Of a DNA stretch of 64,000 nt, positions 53,271 to 64,000 are shown one piece after another. Within the stretch, counting starts at the first letter, position 1; every line of letters begins with the position of its first letter. The notes beneath the pieces are model-generated. The model searched no databases, was not told where the DNA came from, and saw only the letters and a list, made by a program, of their open reading frames with translations. Source of the DNA: Harriotta raleighana (Eukaryota). A program made the position numbers and the translations under genes. The DNA is taken from assembly GCA_050575255.1 (NCBI GenBank), contig JBNZDD010013683.1, forward strand, positions 2,123,263-2,187,262. The letters are read 5' to 3'.

Positions 53271-53649
53271 ATTTATTAATATGGCAACTCTCAATATTAC
53301 TTCAAAATGATGAACTTTTCAAAATGATTTCTCTTGTGTGATCACATCCCGCATCTCGACACTTGAAGTATTAAAGTACGCTCAAACTTTCAACACAGAG
53401 CTTTTACTTGGTAGGAAACATAGATCCGTGCTCTTCCCCCCACCTCCCCCCACCACTTCTGAAAAGATGATGGGAGAAATTAGTGTAGAAAGATTGACTG
53501 GGAAAACAAGCAAACAAATGGATGAATAAATTAATGGGCAAAATAGCCTTTCAGTTTCAGTCGGAATAAAATGTTGATATATAGCATTTGATAGTGTCTT
53601 GTTGCAAAATTATTCATCTGGATTACTTTTGGCGGAATCTGCCATAATT

Positions 53650-53750
53650 AACAGTAATCTTTACATTTGGTGGGGCCCCTTTCACTTTGGGAGGTTGCGC
53701 TCAAAGTGTTTCCCACCATAGATGGAGTGACTGTGTGTCCTGTGTTTGCC
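53650..53750 (-). mobile_element. SINE/L2 tail fragment
   Basis: taatctttacatttggtggggcccctttcac...ctcaaagtgttt...ggagtgactgtg. Confidence 0.55.
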
Positions 53751-53804
53751 AATATCACACTATCACTTTATGTTGGAGCCTTTCTTACATTTTGCCACTT
53801 GGTA

Positions 53805-53992
53805 CAACAATAAAATTGGTCACTTCAATCCAGGACTGTTTGTGGGGCATTGCTACTCGCAATTGGCTGCCGCGGTTTTTTCCCACACATATGCAGTCAA
53901 TTCACTTCACAGTATACTCTGCAAAGCGGTTAGAGACATCTAGAAGATGTGAAAAGCGCTATATCAACTTCAAGGATTATTATTATTGTTGT
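53805..53992 (+). mobile_element. SINE (Deu core + tail)
   Basis: ctgtttgtggggcattgctactcgcaattggctgccgcg...gtgaaaagcgctatatcaacttcaaggattattatt. Confidence 0.88.
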
Positions 53993-56900
53993 TACTTGTT
54001 ACTACCTTTGTGAAGATCATATCGAAGCGATGAAAATAAGAAAGAAAATCCCACATCGTGCAATGGGCTGTCATAAAACTAAGGCACAAACCTCCATTAC
54101 CACTCAAAGGCAGATAATACAAATCAGCCTCACAGAACAACCTTTAGAATCCTCCAGACCAGTGGGGGAAGAAATTTCACCTAAGTCTAAGATATATTCT
54201 ATTTGTCTGCTGTTTTAGAGCATCTGGGCGTGTGGCAAATTGTTGAATTTGGGCTTGACTTTCTCTTCGGTTTTCTGCAGTTCTTATAGATGTTCACCTC
54301 ATCCCTTTCCCTCCAGTACACAACGCCAGCCAGTATCTGAGAAATATCACAGTAAACAATTGACTGTTAACACTGGAGATGGGGATGTTGATCTACTTTA
54401 GAATTTAGTGATAACTGGGTCCAGAGACAAGAGCCTTGCTGCCAAAGGCAGAGTTCTTCTGTAGGACAGCATTGCAATATAAATGGGGTTTAATATAAAT
54501 GGGAATTAATATTAATTTGTCTGCCTCAGGGTGTCAGGCTGAGTATCTCCAGACCTTGATTATCTCCTAAACATTGATCATTACTCCTCATTTGTTGATT
54601 TTCTAGCTGTTCTGATTAGTAACACCAGTTAACTTGGGGATTAACCTGTGCGTCCATCCCGACTCCCATCTTTGATTCATTATAAAACCTTTAGTTTTTA
54701 TTGGGGGTGAATATTGCAATGTGAAATACACCTTTAATTAACCAGCGTTGTAATTGACCATTCAAATGACGCAGTCGGTGATGTGAAATAGTCACAGAAT
54801 ATGGAACATCTAGAATTCTTGGTCACTGTTTCGGATAAACTTTCAGTGTGTAGAATACATCTGTTTAGGCACAGACGTTCTATCCCTGTCTTTTTGTATT
54901 ATATTTGTGCCTTTTATCCATGTGCCATTAATTAGTTTGGTAATGTTTCTGTAAGCGCTATGTCTATATAATAAAAGGCCGCGTAGAATTTTTGTTGATG
55001 ACGATAATTAAAATCAGAATTTTTTTCTTTCAGTTTGTAATGCTATCCTCCTTGGTGCATTCTTCCGAAAGCCCTTAATCAGACTCTCTGTCTTTAGAGC
55101 TAAATGTAATCATTAGTGTGGTGGCCCTGGTGTCTTTCAAATATAAATGTACTAACAGTTATGTTTTTAAAACGATAGCTCATTATGTTTAAAAAGAACC
55201 TTAGGGACGTGGGCTTTATTCTTGATTTGTTTCTAGTTAGTATCCGACTAAGCAGAATTCCGATGCAGTAATCTGCGAGCTGGGTGCTCAATGTGCATTG
55301 GCTGATGAATTTTCAGATGTGTCCATTGAAAAAGGGTTCAATGGAAGGGAGGGGGTAGGGAGGGGAGGTGGGGTTCTGCCTTTAGCTCACCCAGGAACCA
55401 GTTAATATGTCTAAGTTGATTGTAACATTGCAACATTCACCTCGCTCTTTCCAATAAATATATGTGACTGGTGCATTGCTAGTTTGCCTCTGCAGGTATC
55501 TGGAATTGTATACCAGCCGTTCAAACAAACTCCAGAGCTAATAAGTAACAGCATGGAGTCGTGTGGGCTCTTCCTATTGAGGCATGTGGTGAAAGCTACC
55601 CTTGTAGAGGGCAAACAGCTGAGCATTGGCATCGCTGTTCGAAAAGCCTTCAAAAGGTTCAAAAGCCTTCAGAGAAACAAGAGCGAATAAAATCTATTTT
55701 GGATCGGAAATAACATCTCAGGAAATAATGTATTGTGTGCGACATGACATGGCAAGCGACTGCCAGAATGGTGGAAGGCGATCCAGATAGACCTTGGTCT
55801 TCTATGACTAGCAAATTCTTATATTCTTATGAAACGACTCGACCCAGGCCCCCAAAATGCCTTCACATTTCTGGACTCCAGATCGCTAACTACAAAAGGG
55901 GCATTAAGGTGTCAGTATCACTAATAGCTGTTAAGAGATTGAGGGCCTGATTTCAGGCTGGTTAAACTGCATAATCCAATTACTGAATGCTTGTTTTGAA
56001 TGTCAACTTAACCAAGTATCACTGGTAAATTGTCACATGAGATGCTGAGGAATGTTCTTATGGTTCATGGGTAATAGTGAGCCGAGGGTTTGCCCACGTA
56101 CGCAAGTCAATACATCTCAAACATGTTTTTTAAGGAGATGTGCGTGGTTGGAAATTTTTGGCCATTCATCCACAAATATCGCATACTTATTTGCGTCTCT
56201 TTTTCGGCAAGTTTAATGTTTGAATTGTCTGAGATATATTTCTGTATCTTCATGGCTGAAAGTGAAGAGCACTTTTGTTGTCAGATCAATCTGGTGAAAT
56301 TTAGATCAAGCCATTTACAATTTTACCCATTTTACCCTTGTGTTGTTATCTCAATCCATTGAACCAGTCGTAACCTCAACCTTTCATAAAATTGCTTGGT
56401 TAGATTTTCCTCCTCGCGGTGAACGACTGAAGCTGTGAGCGACTGAAAGCTGATGAAACCCCTCAGCAGCCTGATTGACAGATTGTTAATACTGAAGGAG
56501 GAAACCTGCAAAGAAGGTGAGACGGTAAACATTCAAACATAGCAATTAATTTTGATAGCGAGTACTGCGGGTAAGTAGAGGAGGAGTTGTAGTATATTCT
56601 ATTTGGGGATTACTTTAAAGGCAGATTGACAATGTTCAGATAACAATTACAGGTACAAGGAAGATACTAATCTGTGTTCACTTCCACATGATCAGCAACC
56701 CCAGATCAGTAACCTCTTTCCAAACTATTTGGTTGGGAAATGACATTCTGACACCTTCACTAATGGATGTCTAAGTGCAGGCTATGAACACTCAGTCTTT
56801 TGTTGACAAAAAGTTATTTATCAAGGCATAGCAGACCTCTGCTGATTTTTGGTTTACTTCCAACATACTCTTGGACAACGAGAGGATTTTAATATGACCA

Positions 56901-59169
56901 TCCTGGATATAGTTCTAAGCCAAAAGAGGTCCAGGCAGGTTATCTAAACACAGTATATGTTAGCCACTAGGTTCTGGAATGCCAGCATTTCTAAAAGTAT
57001 ATCATCTAAAACACTGCTCTTCAAATGTTCATGTAAACATAGCGAAGTACATGGTAAAGTGTCTGTTCTAACATTGCACTAAATCATACTAAATTTCAGG
57101 TTCAATTGGCAAATGATTACTCTGCATGATACTTGTGCTTGTTTGCTATTCTCCGAATTATATTTTGTATTTCTGCAAAGCCAGCAATCTTTGATCTGGA
57201 GATGAAGGGTCGCAGGTCAGACTCGTGACAACATGTTTTAGACTGTGAGTCTAATGTAGAAAAGTCAGGCCATGTAGAGTAACTCTAGACCTGCCCAGTC
57301 CATTTTAAAACAAACTTAGTTAGATTGTATCATGAGCTGGAAACCCACTCTAAGGTTCAAAGATCAGACGATATTTATCCCAGAAGTTCACTGAGGGGGA
57401 ATGTAATCCACTTGGTCCTTGGGGGAAAAGTATCTTATTCATTTGTGCAGAAGGCTAAGAATAGACATCAAGCCCTTTTTTAAAAAAAATGCATAAACTT
57501 TATCTCCACATCCATATAAAAGAGAGACAGTCACTGCTTTTCACCATCATCCATCGGCGTAGAAAACTAGTATGGCATAATCTCCTTTATGAATTTACAT
57601 CCTTCCTTCTTCCCAGTCACAGCATTATTTGCCACCAAATCCACCAAGAACACTCAGGTTTGAAGTAATTCCTCTCTGGATAGATTTGGCGATAAGGATC
57701 CACCATTTATGAACAATTATTTTACCAGCTTTGTGTTATGGAATGGTTTTGGTTTAGTGCTGCGGTTATGTGAGATCATCAAATAAATCAGACCAGAAAG
57801 AAAATTGATATCCACATTACACACTCTTAAGATGCCATATTAGTTGCATTATTATTATTATTATTAATCTGATCCATTTTTCACACCCCAAACACGGATT
57901 TTAAGAACTTCACTTCCCCCCACCCCTACCTCCCACCCTCCTTCCCTCCCCATCTTATATCTACTGGATTTTGTCTCCTCTTGGTTTGGATGCTGATAGA
58001 AAGCGTATTCTGGTGACGAGATTGAAAAAGCAATGAGAATCCTATCATTTTCATTAGAATTAATAATTCCTTAACCACAACAATCAGACCTCAAGCTAAA
58101 AGTCCAAGATGCTAGAGCAGCACATCGTTGAGCTCACAAAACACACATAAGTGGCTGATGACTTGTGGACTTTTGAGCTTAAAGGAGTAAAGTTAGCTGC
58201 TGGTATGTTAAGCAGTGGGTGCAATCCTAGCCTGATGAAGTCTTGAGTGTTTGAGGCAAATCCTGGGGTTCAAAGGAACTGAGGCAAAGCAACAATTTTA
58301 GTGTTTTTTTTAGATCTTTTCATGTTTGCTCTGATTGTCAGTGGGTGCGTGATAAGATGCTTCAAATTGCCTCCCGCTTCATGCATCAAGTGGGATTCCC
58401 TTGGCCAGACCTAGAGTTTAGGAACTTGGAACAAATTAAAACTCAGCCAACTGAGCAGAGCTCTCAGAGGAAATCTCTTGGCTCCACAGTTTTCTTTTAC
58501 TCATATGCTCCAAAGAAATCAGCCAACACATGTCAAACTTTCGTCTGTCAGAATGAACCATTATCTCTGCAGGGTCCCTCCAACATTATAGCTGTGTTAT
58601 TTAATGTGCTGTAAAAATAATGTTACAGTAAGCACTGGATGGCCTTTTAAGTCTTAAGAATAGCTTGCATTGGCTTTCATGCGTGTATATTTTCATAAGA
58701 GTAGTTTCGTTCTGGAACAATTCTGCACTAGATCTTTTATCTTAGGAACAGTAACTAATAAATTCAACATCCGAGCAGACGTTTCTAGTTACACAGCCAA
58801 AAATTTACTATTTTGAGTAAACTAATATTATTTGCTTATTTTTCCATCCAAACGCAAAAATAAATACGTAGGCGTTTTCACCATTTGGTTTTATGTTGAA
58901 CAGACATTTTGATTTGCCTTGGATCGGTTCAGCGTATGAGGCTCGATCTGGCTGCAGTGAAGTTCCAACTAGCCTCACTTCTGCCAGTGCAGCCTCGGGC
59001 CAGAGCATAATGATTTTTGCAATACGAGCAAAGCAAGAATGATTATTAGTGTTGCAGCTGCTGAGCTACGAGTGAGCACGTCAATGGGATCTGCTGGCAA
59101 AGTAGTGATATTGATGACAATGACTTTGATGATAATAATTACAACAGTCACTGCCAGGTCCAAATCCCT

Positions 59170-59245
59170 GACTGTCCAGTGTCTTGGGACATCCGCACGA
59201 CATGAAAGGTGCTTTATTAATGCAATTTGTTATTGTTTTTGTTAC
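59170..59245 (+). mobile_element. L2 3' tail fragment
   Basis: tgtccagtgtcttgggacatcc...catgaaaggtgctttattaatgcaattt(gtt)n. Confidence 0.65.
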
Positions 59246-59454
59246 TGCAAAACAGAGTTTGCCCTGTGGTACAATAAGAAGTGTTTAGGATTTGTGTCAC
59301 CAGATCACTTTCTTTCCCGTGCTTGTTTTGACAAATGGAAAGATTTTCAAATGGATTCCTTGATGAGACAGGTGAGCTGTTACCTGAAAAAAGAAGTCTT
59401 TGAGCTCCACCAATGGCCCAATTGAATAAATAGCATAGAGAGCATTTTCGTCCA

Positions 59455-59740
59455 TTCAGACACCAAAAGGTTACAGGCTTATATTCTGCCCTGTGCTGGG
59501 TTAGCTCTTCTAAGACACAGCAGCAATTAGGAAGCTTCAATTAACCTTAAATGTCCCTGGGTTAAGGTGGGAAAAGGCAGCCAGTGATTCCATTTCTGGA
59601 TTGATATCCTGACTGACCCCCTACTGAAAAATGTGTGTGTGTGGGTGTGTATGCATCTGGTATGTGTGTGTGTGTGTGTGTGTGTGTGTATTGAAGTGAG
59701 GGCAAAGTTAGACTTGACTACTCAAAGCTTCACAATTGCA
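59455..59740 (+). mobile_element. Old SINE-like repeat (second family) with internal (TG)n expansion
   Basis: ctgtgctgggttagctc...caattaaccttaaatgtccctgggttaaggtgggaaaaggcagccag...tgaccccctactgaaaaatgtgtg; related to 1285-1440; (TG)n at 59663-59689. Confidence 0.55.
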
Positions 59741-59999
59741 GATGACCAACTTTTCATCACCTGTTAAACACACAATTTAACATGTTAACAATTTAACAAA
59801 ACACTTGTAATTCCTTCTGTGGCACGATTAGCATATCCCCCCACCCACACAAATCAGACTCCGTGTGTTGGATGGATCCAAAACTAAAAGTGTGGGGTGA
59901 ATATCCATGTTTTATAGAAAAGGAGGATTAGCACTTTTGTCAGGAAGTAAATGTTTTCTAAAATAAAGACTCGTTACTGAAGACAAGATTTCTTCCGCT

Positions 60000-60066
60000 G
60001 CACAGTAGAACTCTGAGACGCCCTGCTGCGTAAAGGACACTATGTAAATGCAAATTGTTGTTGCTG
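60000..60066 (+). mobile_element. L2/SINE tail fragment
   Basis: ctctgagacgccctgctgcgtaaaggacactatgtaaatgcaaatt(gtt)n. Confidence 0.6.
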
Positions 60067-60767
60067 TCGGAGCAGCAAAGCTTCTGAAAACCATGTGGTT
60101 TGATGACATTTCGGTTTAACAGTCATCAAGAGACAGGTTGACAGGGCACCATGAGATGGGGGCAGTGGCTGATAGCCCATATCTTCCTTATTTCATCAAG
60201 AGCCATCTGCATTGACCATCATAACGGATCCGTAGTCTTTTAAAGTAGATTAATCTGTTGCTTGATCACAAAGCTAAAGCCATTCAAAGGCTGTTGATCC
60301 CCTGTAACAAATTCTACAGTTGTGTACATCCTCTGTGATTCTGATCAAACTAATTTGGTTAAAAAGCAGCTGACGCAAACTAATCTGTTCATGTGAAAAC
60401 AATTTCCACTGTATAATGACAGCGCTGTCCCTCTCAATAGCTCATCATTTCTAATCTCCTCGCAAAACTGTTTGACATTTTCCACATTTGTCACATCTTC
60501 AAAATATACCAAGAGAAATGCTTAAAAACCCATTTTGTTTCTCTCTCTCTCTGTGCCAGATTGTGAGGCTAGTTTAAAAAAAAGGGGTGGGGGGGGTTGT
60601 TCTCTCTTTTTCTTTGATTGCTGCTTTGCTCAGAACTCATGGTCTTTTATATACTGAATAGCGTATTGTGGAATTCTCTGCACCTCGTTTTAAGGAGCTG
60701 TTGCTTGCCCTCGTATTATAGGAAATTATTGTGCAAATGGGTTAAAGGGAGAGAGGGAGGAGGAATA

Positions 60768-60837
60768 CAACAACAACAACAACAAAATTACATTTATAGA
60801 GCGCGTTTCACGTCAGGAGGACGTCCCAAGGCGCTGG
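60768..60837 (-). mobile_element. Young, heavily 5'-truncated L2-tail insertion
   Basis: (caa)n-aattacatttatagagcgcgtttcacgtcaggaggacgtcccaaggcgctgg with CpGs intact; flanked by ggaata at 60762-60767 and 60837-60842. Confidence 0.85.
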
Positions 60838-61234
60838 GAATATTGTATACACTGCGCACAAACCTGACACTCAATTTCTAAGCTTTTCGTTGTCCTCAAA
60901 CTTTCCTGTCTTCCGTTCCTTTTGTCCTTTGCCCTACCTTTGCTCTCTGCTTTTATTCTTCATTTGCCATGCCTGGAGGTATATATGAACTTTTGATTTG
61001 ATGAGTCAACAGTATGTTTAAAATGGGAACTCTTAACATGTAAAGAAGGGTCTAAAATTGTGAGATTTCCAATGAGATTGCTCAATATCGAATCTGGCCT
61101 TGCCTTGCACAAGTGGGGATCCAGCCATTAATCAGAAGTCCATAGCTGTTTCAGAAAGCCTTGAGTTCTCAGCCTTGCAGTGCTCGAAGAGAAGGAATGA
61201 ACCCGTTTGTAACCAGCCTCACAGTTTGGCAGAA

Positions 61235-61430
61235 ATAATAATAATACAGTAATAATAAACTTTGCATTTGATATAGCGCTTTTCACGTCTTCCAGACGTC
61301 TCAAAGCCCTTCACAGAATATTCTGTAAAGTGAATTGACTGTATATATGTGGGGGAAATATGGCAACCAATTGTGCACAGCAGTGTCCCACAAACAGCCG
61401 TGAGTTTAAATGACCAATTTATTATTATTT
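61235..61430 (-). mobile_element. SINE (Deu core + tail)
   Basis: ttgcatttgatatagcgcttttcacgtcttccagacgtctcaaagcc...cagcagtgtcccacaaacag. Confidence 0.9.
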
Positions 61431-61569
61431 TAATATGTTTCTAACAATTGCCTGTGGTATATTATCAAGATATGATAAAGTTAGAAAATGACAAAGATCT
61501 GGCAGAGCTAGCATGAGCCAAATAACCACCATCTGGACTGTAAATTTCTATGATATTTTGAAACTCTAG

Positions 61570-61665
61570 TAATAATAATCCTTGCATTTGATATAGTGCC
61601 TCATCACGTCATTGAAACATCTCAAAGCGCTTCACAGCATGTACCATAGAGTGAAGTGACTGTAA
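61570..61665 (-). mobile_element. SINE 3' fragment
   Basis: taatccttgcatttgatatagtgcc...ctcaaagcgcttcacag...gtgactgta. Confidence 0.85.
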
Positions 61666-61811
61666 TGGTTCTGGGCCCCCAGCTGGCTGGCTCTTTACAA
61701 AGGGGGAATTTTTTTAAAAAAATGCTATTTCTCTTTTTCTCAATTGTCTTTTCTCTCAGTTCTGTAACTCTCGTCTCTTAAAGTAGAGTCAAAGTGCTTT
61801 GGATTTGTGTT

Positions 61812-61882
61812 ACAACAACAACAACAAAATTACACTTATAGAGCGCGTTTCACGTCAGGAGGACGTCCCAAGGCGCTGGACA
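61812..61882 (-). mobile_element. Young, heavily 5'-truncated L2-tail insertion
   Basis: Identical to 60768-60837 except for one C/T in the non-microsatellite part. Confidence 0.85.
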
Positions 61883-63354
61883 GATTGGTTCTAGGTTACA
61901 CCTAGAAACTAGAGTTGGCTGGTTCCCCCAGGAAATGTGGAGCAACCATTTAGGTGGTATTGAACAGACACACCCCTGATTAGTTTCACAACCTTACAAA
62001 AACATTATAAAAATTGACCGCATTGTTGTGCACGCCTCAAACCCTGGCAAATGAGATTACAGAATGGGAAATACAGCTCTCGCTTCTCACTCCAAATCCC
62101 TCAACTGTTGCTTTGGGATCGCAAATCACTTCCAGGAGTGTAAACTAGGCATTAGTTGGTAAAACGTTGAAAGGGGAACTTACATAAATGCTCACCTTTC
62201 TACGAACTCTGTGGTCAAGTAGTTAATTGAAGTGAGCAATGACCTTTGCTCTCCTTGCTTACACAACCGGATCCAAATAAAACTAATAACTGATCCAAAC
62301 ATAATTCCGTTCCCAGTATAAAATTCCAATGAATCAAACCACTTCCTATTCATTCCCACGTTACAGAATTACTATTCCAAGCAAAACATTTAAATATAAA
62401 ATCCTGCTCCAAATATTAAATGCTCCACGATTATCCAGTTTCTGAGGTTGAAGTTGAAATAGAACGAATACATCACCAACTCCCATTTACACACAGCAGA
62501 ATTTCTTGCCCATTTAAAACAATTGATGTTGAATTCCCAGTTTGATTCAATACTTTATGCTGCTATTGTTTAGATCAAATAATTGAGTAAATGAACAGAT
62601 GAACTGTGGTTCAGAAATACAGTATTCAAATTGGCCCTTTTGGTCTGCAATTTATAGAAATGCTTATTCAAGTACTGTATAACATTTCTTAGGAACATAC
62701 AACAGTAATGTGTTTTCCAAATTTTTTCACTGGGATTTGAATAGCTTAGAGTTAATTTTAGAAAGGTAGGAATCTCAGGCAAAAACATAACAGTCCCAGG
62801 GATCTGTGCAATGTTCTCAAAAAGTTTCATAACTTGCAATGATTTCAGTGAAGTTTTCACCATGCTTAGCATCATCCACTGACAACATTCAACTTATGCT
62901 ATTGTCAATTAGACCAGAACTGCCTAAAATAAAACAGGTAGTTGAGAAAGAATAGACATTTCAAAAAATACACATGTTCAGTGCTAATTGCCCCTGTCGA
63001 CTGCTACTGCAGATAACTTTGGCAATTCTATCCTACATTGTCCTGAAGAGTTCTGTAAGTTGATACTTAATTCAATTGGTGTGGTATCACCAGAACCATG
63101 ATAAACGTTTGACTCCAAGGATCGAATTAAGGGTTGTCAATTTTCACGCACATTTCATTGTTTAATGCACACATTCATTCATGTCATTTGTGTCGGTTAC
63201 AGCTGGAAATGTGCTCAAGTCCACAAGAATGATCTCTTTGTAAACAGATAGAGTTAAGTATTTAGATAAATTATTTCTGATACAACCATTGAACAGAACC
63301 CCCCTCCCACCCCCACCAAAAAATGATAACAAATATAATAAGACTTATGTTTAT

Positions 63355-63578
63355 TTCATTTGCAACGGCGTCCCCACAAACAGTCGTGGATTGAAATTTT
63401 ATTTTATTATTGTGTTTTTATTTAAGGGATTATTGTTAGGCGTGTGTGTGTGTGTGTGTTTGTATGTGTGTGTGGAGTGGGGAAATTTGCCCAGGGTTTC
63501 ACCCTGATCTGCCTGGATTCGAACACAGGTCTCACGCTTGTGAGGCGAGTGCTCGCAGTACTGAGCTGCAGGAGCTCC
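63355..63578 (-). mobile_element. tRNA-derived SINE 5' half with internal (TG)n
   Basis: Minus-strand head ggagctcctgcagctcagtactgcgagcactcgcctcacaagcgtgagacctgtgttcgaatccaggcag; start of Deu core at about 63370. Confidence 0.85.
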
Positions 63579-63584
63579 ACTGTA

Positions 63585-63944
63585 CCTAATTAGCGCCCTG
63601 TTTCACTTCATAGCAAGCTGTCCCCTTCCCCCCCCACTCAGCAGGCTCTGACCCCAGCATCGCCCCCAAATATACACTTGGTTTTCCTACTCTCTTCTCC
63701 CTACCCCGACCCTTCCCTTTACCCTCTTTCCCCCTTTCATCCCTGGCTCCCTCATTTCCATGACTGTTTGTGGGACACTGCTGTGCGCAATTTGGCTGCC
63801 ACGTTTCGCCCACAAATTTTCCAGTCAATTTTTCTTACTTTCCTTCCCCCGACCCCTCCCCCCCAATTGACTCTACAGCGCCTTGGGACGTCCTCCTGAC
63901 GTGAAAGGCGCTTTATAAATAAAATTTGGATTGATTGATTGATT
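63585..63944 (+). mobile_element. Young retroposon 3' end: C/T-rich region + Deu core + L2 tail + (GATT)n
   Basis: ctgtttgtgggacactgctgtgcgcaatttggctgccacgtttcgcccacaaa, then cagcgccttgggacgtcctcctgacgtgaaaggcgctttataaat-(gatt)n; no tRNA head seen. Confidence 0.85.
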
Positions 63945-64000
63945 TTGGGGTCTAGTGATGAAGAATTGTGTGGTGAGAATTTTTTTTATCTGTGTTACAT

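Noticed and set aside
55302-55332. CTGATGA...GAAA hammerhead-like core
   Set aside because: The intervening sequence cannot form stem II; other CTGANGA hits in the window also lack stem II plus GAAA.

Overview
AT-rich, CpG-depleted vertebrate non-coding DNA, either a gene desert or a very large intron. I found no recognisable cellular protein-coding exon, rRNA, true tRNA or CRISPR. The window is dense in retroposons: dozens of copies or fragments of a tRNA-headed SINE carrying the Deu (AmnSINE1/SacSINE-type) core and an L2-like 3' tail, older full-Deu-domain SINEs, and decayed L2 and CR1 LINE pieces. This repeat complement suggests a cartilaginous fish, probably a chimaera such as Callorhinchus milii (inference). 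Assembly features are one 842-N gap (33138-33979) and two single-N joins with duplicated overlaps. The best candidates for a second look are two pre/pri-miRNA-like hairpins in unique sequence (19302-19354, 49230-49313), a three-stem nested RNA-like structure with a possible pseudoknot (31714-31819), and an L2 ORF2 end that runs directly into the Deu core (47129-47418). Repeat boundaries are approximate and read by eye.
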